Origin: Thermacetogeniaceae bacterium
Lineage (GTDB): Bacteria > Bacillota > DSM-12270 > Thermacetogeniales > Thermacetogeniaceae
Assembly (NCBI GenBank): GCA_050010575.1
Contig: JBEKKU010000001.1
Span: 1-57,490 of the forward strand
Direction of reading: 5' to 3'
DNA length: 57,490 nucleotides
The notes below the pieces were generated by a model. That model searched no databases. It was not told the origin of the DNA and saw nothing but the letters and a program-made list of their open reading frames with translations. The translations under genes were made by a program, and so were the position numbers. Each line of letters begins with the position of its first letter. Position 1 is the first letter of the stretch. Positions 46,134-55,459 of the stretch are shown piece by piece.

Positions 46134-47206
46134 GATCCGATACCTCTCATCGCCAACCCGAGCGCCACGGCATAGCTGGGGTCGAAATTGGGAACTGGCA
46201 GCATGGCATCAGTAACGCCGATAGTCGTCTCCAGCTCGAGCATCTCATGGCAATAATCAGCAATCCCCTTAAGCTTGCTGGTTCCCCCGCTGAGGATGAT
46301 CCGCTCCACGTTCAGCCCCTCCTGGGCGGAACAGAAACTCAGAGACCGGCGCATCTCCTTCACAAACTCGGTCAGCCCCTCCCGTAAGACATCCCCGATC
46401 CGCCGCAGCGGACCGCCCTGCATGTAGATATCACTGTTCCTGGAGACGCTGGACTCCCCCTTATACTGCTGGGCCTGGGCCCTTTCCAGGCCTAGAGCCT
46501 CCACTATCGCTCCAGTCAGGGCCTCGCCACCCACGGGCAACTGCCGGATAAACCTGATCGTTCCGTTTCTGACTACCACAAACCGGGAGGTCTTGGCGCC
46601 AAAATCGACCAGGGCCACCGTACCGGTAATATCTCGGCCGAAGACGCGCCACAGGGCGAAGGCCTGCAGGTCGAAGGCAGTCACCGTGAGCCCCGCCCGG
46701 GAGAAGATGCTGTAGTACTGGTAGATCAAAGTTGTAGGCACCGCCATCAGCAACACGCTCTGGCCTTCAGGCTGGCTTCCGGCAAAGTCCGGGGATGCTC
46801 CTTTGCCAGCCAGTTCTTTGGCCGGCGTGGCCAACGTGGTGTGCCTGATGATCATCTGTTCGGTGGAGATCGGCAAATTCTTGCTGATCTCGATCTCTAC
46901 GGAGGCGGCCAATTCCTTATCGCTCATCACCGGAAACCGCACGCTGCGAGTGATCACCTTCTCGCCGCCGATACAGGAGACGACCTCATTTAAGGGAGAG
47001 CCGGCCTGGCTCAAAGCGAAAACCAGATCCTCCTCATTGAAACTATCCGTCCACACCCCCGCAGGGCTGGGAAAGGTGTGCTGCGTCATGACCTCCACCT
47101 GATCGTCATGGATCTTGATCTCGACCATCTTGATGGAGAAGGCCCCGACATCCACTCCCACAAAATGAGTTTTGCGGGGAATCAAATTTTGCAACAGTTT
47201 GATCAT
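46130..47206 (-). CDS. pilM: type IV pilus assembly ATPase-fold protein PilM
   Basis: 358 aa with an actin/FtsA-like fold (VGVDVGAFSIKMVEI...ILSGGTSKLKG). Confidence 0.9.
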   Translation of the reverse strand: MIKLLQNLIPRKTHFVGVDVGAFSIKMVEIKIHDDQVEVMTQHTFPSPAGVWTDSFNEEDLVFALSQAGSPLNEVVSCIGGEKVITRSVRFPVMSDKELAASVEIEISKNLPISTEQMIIRHTTLATPAKELAGKGASPDFAGSQPEGQSVLLMAVPTTLIYQYYSIFSRAGLTVTAFDLQAFALWRVFGRDITGTVALVDFGAKTSRFVVVRNGTIRFIRQLPVGGEALTGAIVEALGLERAQAQQYKGESSVSRNSDIYMQGGPLRRIGDVLREGLTEFVKEMRRSLSFCSAQEGLNVERIILSGGTSKLKGIADYCHEMLELETTIGVTDAMLPVPNFDPSYAVALGLAMRGIGS

Positions 47207-47228
47207 CTGTTTTCCTCTCCGCCTCAGT

Positions 47229-48143
47229 CTATTTGCAATCTGCCCTGTCGGTCGTCAGCATGATTGTCTGCATTCCCGAATCCTGGAGAAAATAGACCGT
47301 CACTATAATCGTTTTTACTCCGGCACCGCCGACAATGGCCGCAATCTCGTAGTCGTACTGATATAGCCGGTAGAGCGAGGTCTCATCAGGCGCCACCTCC
47401 CAGTCCCGGTCCAGCCAGGCCGTGGCCTGTGGGGCGGATGTCCCGTTATAATCCAGCACTCGCCTCACCTGACCGGAACCGGCGCCGCCGGCTATGCTCA
47501 GATAATATCCGTTATAGAGATCGTCCACGATGTTATCCCCTGTGGCTAGGACCAGTGTCCGGGCCTGACCGCCGCGGGCGATACCCATTCCCTGAAATCC
47601 ACTGTCGCAGATCAGGTAGGTTGATGCGCAATCCGGAAATTGCCCGTCAGCCCAGGGCGTTCGGGGATCGATGGCCGCCACCTGGGAGTCGCTGCCATAA
47701 GAGATGATATGCCGTATCTGGCCCCTGCCACTTCCTGCAGTGATCGCTATCAGCTTGTCTTTAAGGTCTATATCCCCGGTGCCGCCCGCCAGACTAATGG
47801 TGGTATCTGTACTGCCACGAGGATTGCCGACCATGTAATAAGGAATGCCCTTGACCGCCTCCTGCAGTTGTTGAGCGGTATATAGCGCCGCTATTTTGAT
47901 CCTGGCCTCACCGGCCAGCCTGGACCCCTGCACAAACATGCCCAACAGGGGAACCGCCAACGTCCCGACCATGATCAGCGCCACCATGACTTCCAAGAGG
48001 CTCATTCCGCCCTGACTATCGGTCGACCTGTTTCTGCCATCCAGTCTATAGTCACTTTTTATACAGATGGCAAGAATATTTAGAATATTACACTTTATCC
48101 ATATATTTATTGTTTTACCTGCACTAGGATTAAGATTCGGCAC
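47229..48143 (-). CDS. prepilin-like minor pilin with an anomalous N-terminus
   Basis: Hydrophobic pilin helix GG/MSLLEVMVALIMVGTLAV. The only in-frame canonical starts are GTG 48143 (46-residue AT-rich leader) or the +1 Met itself at 48005 (no leader). Confidence 0.65.
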   Translation of the reverse strand: MPNLNPSAGKTINIWIKCNILNILAICIKSDYRLDGRNRSTDSQGGMSLLEVMVALIMVGTLAVPLLGMFVQGSRLAGEARIKIAALYTAQQLQEAVKGIPYYMVGNPRGSTDTTISLAGGTGDIDLKDKLIAITAGSGRGQIRHIISYGSDSQVAAIDPRTPWADGQFPDCASTYLICDSGFQGMGIARGGQARTLVLATGDNIVDDLYNGYYLSIAGGAGSGQVRRVLDYNGTSAPQATAWLDRDWEVAPDETSLYRLYQYDYEIAAIVGGAGVKTIIVTVYFLQDSGMQTIMLTTDRADCK

Positions 48144-48213
48144 GTTTTTATCATATCCTTCAATAAAATGATATAAATGATAATTTTAGATACAAATCTA
48201 CCTCCAGCATAGG

Positions 48214-48669
48214 TTACTGCCAGGAGATCATGGTAACAGTGCTGGGATCACCACCGGGAACCACAGGTTTGTTTAGCTTGAACTGTGCTGTCACCGTGTA
48301 GAAACTGAAATAACCGGGGATAGATCCGGCACGATCCTTGGGCCCCGGATATTCACCAGTGCAGTTTACCGTGTACACGTCCTGCACAGGCCCGCTGTAA
48401 CTGGCAGCCGATACGATCCCTCCGGCGTAAGATTCATTTACGAGGCTGGCAACATTGTTCCTGCCGCCAGCGATCATGGCGATCGCCTGGTTGATGCCCG
48501 CCTCGGCAATATAGTAGGCCTGTTTCTGCCTGGTGGCCAACAGGGCGTTGCGCTGCACGGAGATACCGGCCAACAGCACGGCCTCCCCCAGTAATAGCAG
48601 CAGCATCATCACAAACAAGGTCAGGACCATGACCTGTCCGCTCTTCCGATCATCTTCAAATAATGCCAT
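48214..48669 (-). CDS. PilX-N-domain pilus assembly protein
   Basis: MALFEDDRKSGQVMVLTLFVMMLLLLLGEAVLL is PilX_N-like. The ATG at 48669 follows AAAGGGGG. Confidence 0.75.
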   Translation of the reverse strand: MALFEDDRKSGQVMVLTLFVMMLLLLLGEAVLLAGISVQRNALLATRQKQAYYIAEAGINQAIAMIAGGRNNVASLVNESYAGGIVSAASYSGPVQDVYTVNCTGEYPGPKDRAGSIPGYFSFYTVTAQFKLNKPVVPGGDPSTVTMISWQ

Positions 48670-48712
48670 ATGGCCCCCTTTATCGATGACCCGGTTTATT
48701 CGCCACCCAAGC

Positions 48713-49177
48713 TCACTGCACGCCGACATATACTTTGGTGTTCAGGACGCTGGTCGAGTCTGGGTGCGGTTTCTTTATGCCCCCGCTGACACTGATAGCG
48801 ACAACGTTGCTGTTGTCCAAGATAAAGGAGAGATCGCTAATATTGCTGGCCACCGGCAGCCATTTAGATTCAAACTTCTGCTCGATCTGCCGATTCACGC
48901 TATCCAGGCGGTAACCACCGGCCTTGCCCTGTCCATCAGTAAAGGTGATCTGGTGTCCGTTGGCAGCAATGAGCACCTTCCCAGCCTGGGCTCGGCGTAT
49001 GCCGTTGCTCATCTTATCCATGGCAATGCGCAGGCTCTCCTGGACATCGACCTGCTGAGACACCATGGCATAACTGGTATACCCCCTGACCAGCATGACG
49101 GATAGCATCATTAATACAAATCCATAGATGGTCAGCGCCACGATCACTTCAACCAGCGAAAAACCACTCTTTTTCAT
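48713..49177 (-). CDS. prepilin-type minor pilin (GspJ/PilW-like)
   Basis: MKKSG/FSLVEVIVALTIYGFVL class III signal; 154 aa. Confidence 0.85.
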   Translation of the reverse strand: MKKSGFSLVEVIVALTIYGFVLMMLSVMLVRGYTSYAMVSQQVDVQESLRIAMDKMSNGIRRAQAGKVLIAANGHQITFTDGQGKAGGYRLDSVNRQIEQKFESKWLPVASNISDLSFILDNSNVVAISVSGGIKKPHPDSTSVLNTKVYVGVQ

Positions 49178-49393
49178 TGCCCGCTCGCCGCCATTTCTTC
49201 AAAATACAATACCAGTATCTTCTATTATTGCATATACTGTCTTGTATTTACTATAGTCTGCATATTTTTACATATATTATTATTTTCGGCTGTCTTTCTT
49301 CCATATAACATCCTCGGCTCCATACGCCCGATTTCATCGGGCAGTGATTATCAACCATGTGCTGTCTATGATCAGCCAACGTCCAAATAGTTA

Positions 49394-49422
49394 TTGACAG
49401 GAGTAGTGCTAGATACTACCAT
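49394..49422 (+). promoter_or_regulatory. candidate sigma-A promoter for the glycan island in the divergent AT-rich region
   Basis: TTGACA-N17-TACCAT, ~35 nt upstream of the 49455 ATG. Confidence 0.3.
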
Positions 49423-49454
49423 AATTATTAAATAATCGACAATCTAGGAGCAAT

Positions 49455-50960
49455 ATGATTAATCCTGAAGGTAAACAGGTGATGCCTTGTCAGGTTGTAA
49501 ACAACAGACTGCCGGAAATTAGAACAGTACCATCCCTCTATACCATCCCGGCACTGGTCGTGACCGACGTGCTGGCATTGGGCGCCGCCCTGTGGTTGGC
49601 CTGGGAGGTCAGGCTCGGACTGTTGCCCATGTTCGGTTCACTGTATAACCTGGAGGTCACCGTCGATTTCTACCACCACCTGCTCTGGGTACTGGTGGTG
49701 GTACTCAGCTACCTGGCCATCGACGGCCTGTACACCTCCCGCCTGCCCTTCTGGCGGGAAACCGGCCGGGCGTTGAAGGTAATAACCCTTTCCTTCCTAT
49801 TGATTCTGGCCTCGATCTCCCTGGGCAAGATGAGCGGCGAGTTTTCACGCAGCGTGCTGGTGCTCTGCTGTCTGTTCGCCCTGTTGTTGTTGCCAGTCGG
49901 CCGCTGGGCTATGAAATCCCTGCTCTGGCAACGGGGATGGTGGGACCAGCCGGTACTGGTGTTGGGCGCCGGCAAGACCGGCGCACTGGTGGCACAGGCG
50001 TTGCTCAGGGACCGTTACCTGGGCTACCAGATCCGGGGGTTTTTAGACGACGAACCCGCCAAGCAAAAATCCGGCTTTAAAGTGAACGGCGTCTGTTTTC
50101 CGGTACTGGGCGGCTTTGCAGATTACGAGCAAGTTATGGCCGAGACCGGCGTCAGCGACCTGATCGTGGCTGCTCCCGGCATGGCTTCAACAAAGCTGGT
50201 CGATCTGGTCAACTCTATTCAGCGTATTGCCTCATCCGTCACGGTGGTGCCGGATCTGTTCGGTCTGCCAGTGGAGGGAGTGAAGGCCGATTATTTCTTC
50301 GATGAGCAGATGCTCACCTTCAGACTGGGCAACAACCTGGCCAACCCGGTCAATAGAATTATCAAGCGCTGCTTCGATTTTATCATCGGTCTGTTGATCT
50401 CCATCATCCTGCTCCCGCTACTGGCTGCGATCGCCCTGGCCGTCAAGCTGGATTCCCCCGGCCCGGTCCTGTTCGCCCACCGCCGGGTCGGACGCAACGG
50501 CAGGAGATTCAACTGTTACAAGTTCCGCAGCATGGCAATTAACGCCCAAGAGGTATTATCTGATCTTTTGGAGAATAACCAAGAAGCACAACAGGAATGG
50601 CAATACCATTACAAAATAAAAAACGACCCCCGTATTACGAGAGTCGGCAAATTCCTGCGCAGTTCCAGCCTGGACGAACTGCCGCAACTGCTCAACGTGC
50701 TGAGGGGCGAGATGAGCCTGGTCGGCCCCAGGCCGATCACCGATCAGGAGATCCCTTACTTCGGCAACCACATCGAGAATTACTACCTGGTACGCCCCGG
50801 TATCACCGGCCTCTGGCAGGTCAGCGGCCGCAGCGAGATGGACTATGAACACCGGGTCAGCCTGGAATCCTGGTACGTCCGCAACTGGTCTCTATGGACT
50901 GATATCAGCTTGCTGATCCGGACATTAACTGTATTAATTTCAAAATGTGGTGCTTATTAA
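49455..50960 (+). CDS. polyprenyl-phosphate glycosylphosphotransferase (WbaP/EpsL-type initiating sugar transferase)
   Basis: 501 aa with N-terminal TM bundle, a central Rossmann-like domain and the C-terminal bacterial sugar transferase domain (KFRSM...[21 protein letters not shown]...[14 protein letters not shown]). Confidence 0.92.
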   Translation: MINPEGKQVMPCQVVNNRLPEIRTVPSLYTIPALVVTDVLALGAALWLAWEVRLGLLPMFGSLYNLEVTVDFYHHLLWVLVVVLSYLAIDGLYTSRLPFWRETGRALKVITLSFLLILASISLGKMSGEFSRSVLVLCCLFALLLLPVGRWAMKSLLWQRGWWDQPVLVLGAGKTGALVAQALLRDRYLGYQIRGFLDDEPAKQKSGFKVNGVCFPVLGGFADYEQVMAETGVSDLIVAAPGMASTKLVDLVNSIQRIASSVTVVPDLFGLPVEGVKADYFFDEQMLTFRLGNNLANPVNRIIKRCFDFIIGLLISIILLPLLAAIALAVKLDSPGPVLFAHRRVGRNGRRFNCYKFRSMAINAQEVLSDLLENNQEAQQEWQYHYKIKNDPRITRVGKFLRSSSLDELPQLLNVLRGEMSLVGPRPITDQEIPYFGNHIENYYLVRPGITGLWQVSGRSEMDYEHRVSLESWYVRNWSLWTDISLLIRTLTVLISKCGAY

Positions 50961-51014
50961 TAACTTGACTGCTAAGGAACGGGAATTTATCCTCTGTTTT
51001 ACCGAGGAAAAGTA

Positions 51015-51845
51015 ATGAAATTTTCACTTATTCTTTGTACAATTAATAGATATGACGAATTGAATAATTTTTTGTTTTCTTTAAATACACAAATATATAA
51101 CAATTTTGAGTTAATTATTGTTGATCAAAATAGTGATATGCATGTTAAATCAATTATTGCTAAATATAATTATGATATTATATATCTAAAATCTGAACCT
51201 GGTCTTTCTAAGGCCAGAAATGTTGCTCTTAAATATGTATCTGGCGATATTATAGCCTTTCCAGATGATGACTGTGAATATCCGAAAGAGTTATTGAAAT
51301 CAGTGAATGACTTTTTTGTTAAATATTATGAATATGATGCTATTTCTGGACGTTCAGTTGATGCTCGTGGTCGAACTAGCGTATCCCATTTTGATATAGC
51401 TCCTGGTATCATTACAATTGACAATGTCTTTAAAAGAGCTAACTCAATTACAATATTTCTTAAGAACAAATTAGTAGAATCTACAGGGTATTTTGATGAA
51501 CAATTAGGACTAGGAGCAAAATCTCCTTTTTTAGCTTCAGAGGAAATTGATTATCTTATACGGGCCATTAAGTACGGATATAAAATATATTTTGATCCCA
51601 GCATAATTATCTTCCACAATGAACCCGTCAAAGAATATTCTGAGATAATTATTCTTCGCGGATACTTCTATGGAGCAGGCTATGGCCGAGTTGCAAGAAA
51701 GCATATGCTTTCTTCAAAACATGTTTTTCTAATGTTTATTAGGCCCTTAGGCGGATTTTTATTATCGTTGTTCTTTCTTAGATGGAAAAAAGCTAGATAT
51801 CATTTTTTTGTTCTAAAAGGAAGGCTTATGGGCTGGTTTGCATAG
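51015..51845 (+). CDS. family 2 glycosyltransferase
   Basis: Contains FSLILCTINRYDELNNFLFSL...ELIIVDQNSD and the FPDDDCEYP DxD region. Very AT-rich. Confidence 0.88.
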   Translation: MKFSLILCTINRYDELNNFLFSLNTQIYNNFELIIVDQNSDMHVKSIIAKYNYDIIYLKSEPGLSKARNVALKYVSGDIIAFPDDDCEYPKELLKSVNDFFVKYYEYDAISGRSVDARGRTSVSHFDIAPGIITIDNVFKRANSITIFLKNKLVESTGYFDEQLGLGAKSPFLASEEIDYLIRAIKYGYKIYFDPSIIIFHNEPVKEYSEIIILRGYFYGAGYGRVARKHMLSSKHVFLMFIRPLGGFLLSLFFLRWKKARYHFFVLKGRLMGWFA

Positions 51846-51879
51846 ATTGTAACTATTAAATGGAGGCAGATGGTCGTAA

Positions 51880-52986
51880 TTGAAACGCATACTCTATATA
51901 ACTGCTAGAGCAGACTACGGGGGAGGCCCCGAACATCTTTATACCCTAGCAAAATCTTTAAAGGATGAATATTCCTTATATATAGCATGCCCCCATGACA
52001 TTCCATATTGGGATGAATATGTGGCATTATTATCAGAATCAAGAATATGTGAAATCCCCCATAGAATATTTTCGTTTTTAAACTTAATTAAACTCATATT
52101 ATTTATACGTACAAATAAGATTATTATTATCCATTCTCATGGCAAAGGGGCAGGCATTTATTCCAGATTACTTAAATTATGTCTTCCCTATTTGAAAGTA
52201 ATTCATACTTTCCATGGTATCTATTATAAAGATAAAATAATATTTTCAAAGCGTCTGCATCTTTATGTTGAACAATTATTTTCTCACTTTACAGATTTTT
52301 TTATCTGCGTATCGAAGGGCGAGATGGCCGACGCTGTTTCATTGAAAATTTGTGCTGCCAATCGAACCATAGTTATTTATAATGGCATAGAAATACCAAC
52401 CAGGCAAGACACTATTGATCTTGATCCTAGTTATCTGGATATAAGTAAAGACCATTTTATCGTTCTTCATATTTCGAGATTCGACTATTTTAAAAATGTT
52501 AGCCTATTAATCGATATAGCCGAACAAGTCGGTTCATGCGATTCTAGTATAATATTTCTTCTAATCGGTGATGGTCCTGAAAAATCAACACTGGAGAAAT
52601 TAGCTTCTTCTAAAAGAATAGCGAATATCTTTTTTCTCGGGTTTCAGTCCCGAGCCTCCAGGTTCTTTAGTATCTCCAGTCTCTACCTGTCGACTTCCCG
52701 CAAGGAAGGCTTGCCACTCAGCTTGATTGAATCCCTAAGCATGGGTAATCCTATAGTGGCGACTGATATTCCAGGTAATGATGAAATAGTTAAGCATGGA
52801 TATAATGGCTTCCTGTTCCCCTTAAACAATCCAAAAGCTGCAGGCGATTATATTTTGGAACTAAAGAATGACCCATTAAAATTAAAATCACTAAGTGAGG
52901 GCGCCATTAATTCTTTTAACGCAATATTTTGCCTGAAAACCATGTTAAATGAGTATAGAAAAATATACCAGGGAGTAGATGTATGA
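51880..52986 (+). CDS. family 4 (GT-B, group 1) glycosyltransferase
   Basis: 368 aa with TTG start. The C-terminal TSRKEGLPLSLIESLSMGNPIVATDIPGNDEIV contains the EX7E-type GT4 motif. Confidence 0.88.
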   Translation: MKRILYITARADYGGGPEHLYTLAKSLKDEYSLYIACPHDIPYWDEYVALLSESRICEIPHRIFSFLNLIKLILFIRTNKIIIIHSHGKGAGIYSRLLKLCLPYLKVIHTFHGIYYKDKIIFSKRLHLYVEQLFSHFTDFFICVSKGEMADAVSLKICAANRTIVIYNGIEIPTRQDTIDLDPSYLDISKDHFIVLHISRFDYFKNVSLLIDIAEQVGSCDSSIIFLLIGDGPEKSTLEKLASSKRIANIFFLGFQSRASRFFSISSLYLSTSRKEGLPLSLIESLSMGNPIVATDIPGNDEIVKHGYNGFLFPLNNPKAAGDYILELKNDPLKLKSLSEGAINSFNAIFCLKTMLNEYRKIYQGVDV

Positions 52987-54110
52987 AAATTGCTCTCGTT
53001 CAAGATTGGGTGGTAACGCTGGGAGGGTCGGAGCGCTGCCTGCAAGCATTTCATGAACTCTGGCCAGCAGCTCCTCTCTATACTCTTGTCAGTGCAAAAG
53101 AAAGTTTGGGCAAGTTGGGATTTACCGAAACGATGGTGCATACATCATTCCTACAAAGATTTCCGCGCGCTATTAAATGGTACCGCAACTACTTACTCCT
53201 ATATCCAATAACTATAGAACAATTTGATCTCTCCGATTATGAAATTATTTTATCAAGTAGCCATGCTGTGGCTAAAGGTGTACTTACCCGCTCAGACCAG
53301 CTTCACGTCTGTTATTGCCATACGCCAATTCGCTATGCCTGGGATCTTTATCATCAATATTTGCAGGAGCATTCACTTGATAAAGGACTAAAATCTTTTA
53401 TTGCCCGTATGATCTTGCATTACATTCGCATATGGGATGTTTCTACTACCCCTCGCGTTGATTATTTTATCGCCAATTCCCACTATACAGCCAAACGTAT
53501 TTGGAGAGCGTATAGAAGAAAAGCGGTGGTTATCTATCCCCCTGTGGATGTAGATAAATTCACCCCTATTCAAAAAAAAGAAAACTATTTTATTTTTGTA
53601 TCCCGCTTAGTGCCCTATAAACATGCTGATTTGGTTGTCTCCGCTTTTACTAAAATGGGATTACCTTTATTAGTTATCGGTGATGGCCCGCATTTAAAAG
53701 AGTATCGCTCTCTTGCTGGTAAGAATGTTTCCTTCCTCGGATATCAGCCGGACGAAAAGTTAGCTGACTTGATGGCCAGGGCCAGGGCTTTGATATTTGC
53801 CGCTGAGGAGGACTTCGGCATTGTGCCTGTGGAGGCACAAGCCTGTGGTACACCAGTCATTGCATATGGAAAAGGTGGCATTATAGATACTGTAATTCCA
53901 GCTAATGGGAGCAATTGGGATCAGGCAACCGGAGTCTTTTTCTTTGAACAATCTGTTGATGTAATTATTTCAGCAGTTGGTGAATTCTTGAAATGTGAGG
54001 GTAATTTCAATATCAATATCCTCAGGCAAAATGCTGAACATTATGGAAGAGAAAGATTTAAAAAACAAATATCAGATTATGTCACAGATAAATGGCATAA
54101 ACACATTTAA
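52983..54110 (+). CDS. family 4 (GT-B, group 1) glycosyltransferase
   Basis: 375 aa with KIALVQDWVVTLGGSERCL N-terminus and the AAEEDFGIVPVEAQACGTPVIAYGKGG motif. 4-nt overlap with the upstream GT. Confidence 0.88.
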   Translation: MKIALVQDWVVTLGGSERCLQAFHELWPAAPLYTLVSAKESLGKLGFTETMVHTSFLQRFPRAIKWYRNYLLLYPITIEQFDLSDYEIILSSSHAVAKGVLTRSDQLHVCYCHTPIRYAWDLYHQYLQEHSLDKGLKSFIARMILHYIRIWDVSTTPRVDYFIANSHYTAKRIWRAYRRKAVVIYPPVDVDKFTPIQKKENYFIFVSRLVPYKHADLVVSAFTKMGLPLLVIGDGPHLKEYRSLAGKNVSFLGYQPDEKLADLMARARALIFAAEEDFGIVPVEAQACGTPVIAYGKGGIIDTVIPANGSNWDQATGVFFFEQSVDVIISAVGEFLKCEGNFNINILRQNAEHYGRERFKKQISDYVTDKWHKHI

Positions 54111-54132
54111 AGCACGAATAAGGAGCTTATTG

Positions 54133-55386
54133 ATGAACATTTCATTTGGCAATTTGAAGCTATGGTATGAGCGGCAATTAGCAGAGGGCACTTTTAATAT
54201 ACGTCATTTAATTCTCTGGTTTATGGTTGCTATCTTTCCTTTGATTGTGATCCCGCATAATTATTCGATAAAGTTTCTTATGGGAATAGCTTCTCCTAAC
54301 TATTACTATCTACCTAGATATATAATTTTAGGTATTATTGCTATCATTGCTTTGTTTATCTTATTAAGAGATAGAACGCAGATCAACCACCCAGCCTTTA
54401 TTCCCTTATTCTTCTTCATTATATTCTCGACAATCTCTGCTTTTCTCGCCCCTATACAGATGACCGCCTGGATAGGCAGCCCTTTTCGTTATACTGGCCT
54501 AACAACCTATTATTTCTGTATTATTCTTTTTCTTTTAGCATATAAAAATAATCATACAGAAAAACTAATTTATAGTCTAATAATTACAGCAGCAATAGTA
54601 TCTATATTGTCATTATTACAATACTTTGGACTGAATCTTGTTCCACATGATAAGTATTTACAATTAAGTACTGCATATAGTTTTGGAACGATGCCTCACC
54701 CAAACTTTTTAGGGACATATATGGCCTTTATATTACCGGCGGCAATTATCTTATACCTGCGTTCTAAAATGTTTTTTAATCTTCTTCTTGCATCATTAAT
54801 ATATACCGGTCTGCTGGTCAGTTTATGCAGGGGCACATGGATAGCATCGCTGATTGGTTTATTGATTATTACATGGTATGTTTGGCATAAGCCAGAGATG
54901 AAAAAATCTTATTGGTTGCTCTTAGGGGCTTTCGTGATTATAACACTGGCGCTGATGCCGGCGGAAAACTGGGCTCTATTGGCCAGGGTATCTTCTTTAA
55001 AAGATAGTTCTGGCTTAAATTTAAGCGACGCCGCCGGTTCCTATCGGATGTATATCTGGCGGGGAGCCTTTCATCTTTTTCTATTGTATTGGCCCTTTGG
55101 TATCGGCCCCGATCATCTTATCTATGCGCATCTGGTCACTCCTGCTCACGAAATAGCAGATAAAGCGCATAACATCTATCTAGAGATGGGTCTAACCATG
55201 GGTATTTTCACATTGTTATCTTATCTTGCCTTTATGTGCTTCTTTTTTAGAAAATGGAAAACTGAAATCAGTTTTATATTGTTAACGATGATCTCTGTAT
55301 ATTTAATACAGGGATTTACCAATATCGACGTGGTACCGATTATGCCCCTATTTTGGATTATATTAGGCTTTGCTTTAATAGAATAA
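54133..55386 (+). CDS. O-antigen ligase/Wzy_C-domain membrane protein (polymerase, ligase or O-oligosaccharyltransferase)
   Basis: About 12 TM segments with the Wzy_C signature region SLCRGTWIASLIGLLI ... AHNIYLEMGLTMGIFTL. The ATG at 54133 follows AGGAG; the ORF-track start at 53995 overlaps the previous gene. Confidence 0.85.
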   Translation: MNISFGNLKLWYERQLAEGTFNIRHLILWFMVAIFPLIVIPHNYSIKFLMGIASPNYYYLPRYIILGIIAIIALFILLRDRTQINHPAFIPLFFFIIFSTISAFLAPIQMTAWIGSPFRYTGLTTYYFCIILFLLAYKNNHTEKLIYSLIITAAIVSILSLLQYFGLNLVPHDKYLQLSTAYSFGTMPHPNFLGTYMAFILPAAIILYLRSKMFFNLLLASLIYTGLLVSLCRGTWIASLIGLLIITWYVWHKPEMKKSYWLLLGAFVIITLALMPAENWALLARVSSLKDSSGLNLSDAAGSYRMYIWRGAFHLFLLYWPFGIGPDHLIYAHLVTPAHEIADKAHNIYLEMGLTMGIFTLLSYLAFMCFFFRKWKTEISFILLTMISVYLIQGFTNIDVVPIMPLFWIILGFALIE

Positions 55387-55395
55387 TGAACTAGA

Positions 55396-55445
55396 AATAT
55401 AAAAGTACAGCGATCTCATTAATGAGATCGCTGTACTTTTATATT
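55396..55445. terminator. bidirectional intrinsic terminator shared by the Wzy_C gene (+) and pilA (-)
   Basis: Perfect 25-nt arms AATATAAAAGTACAGCGATCTCATT/AATGAGATCGCTGTACTTTTATATT, with an A-tract on one side and a T-tract on the other, on both strands. Confidence 0.85.
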
Positions 55446-55459
55446 ATTATCCTATTTTA

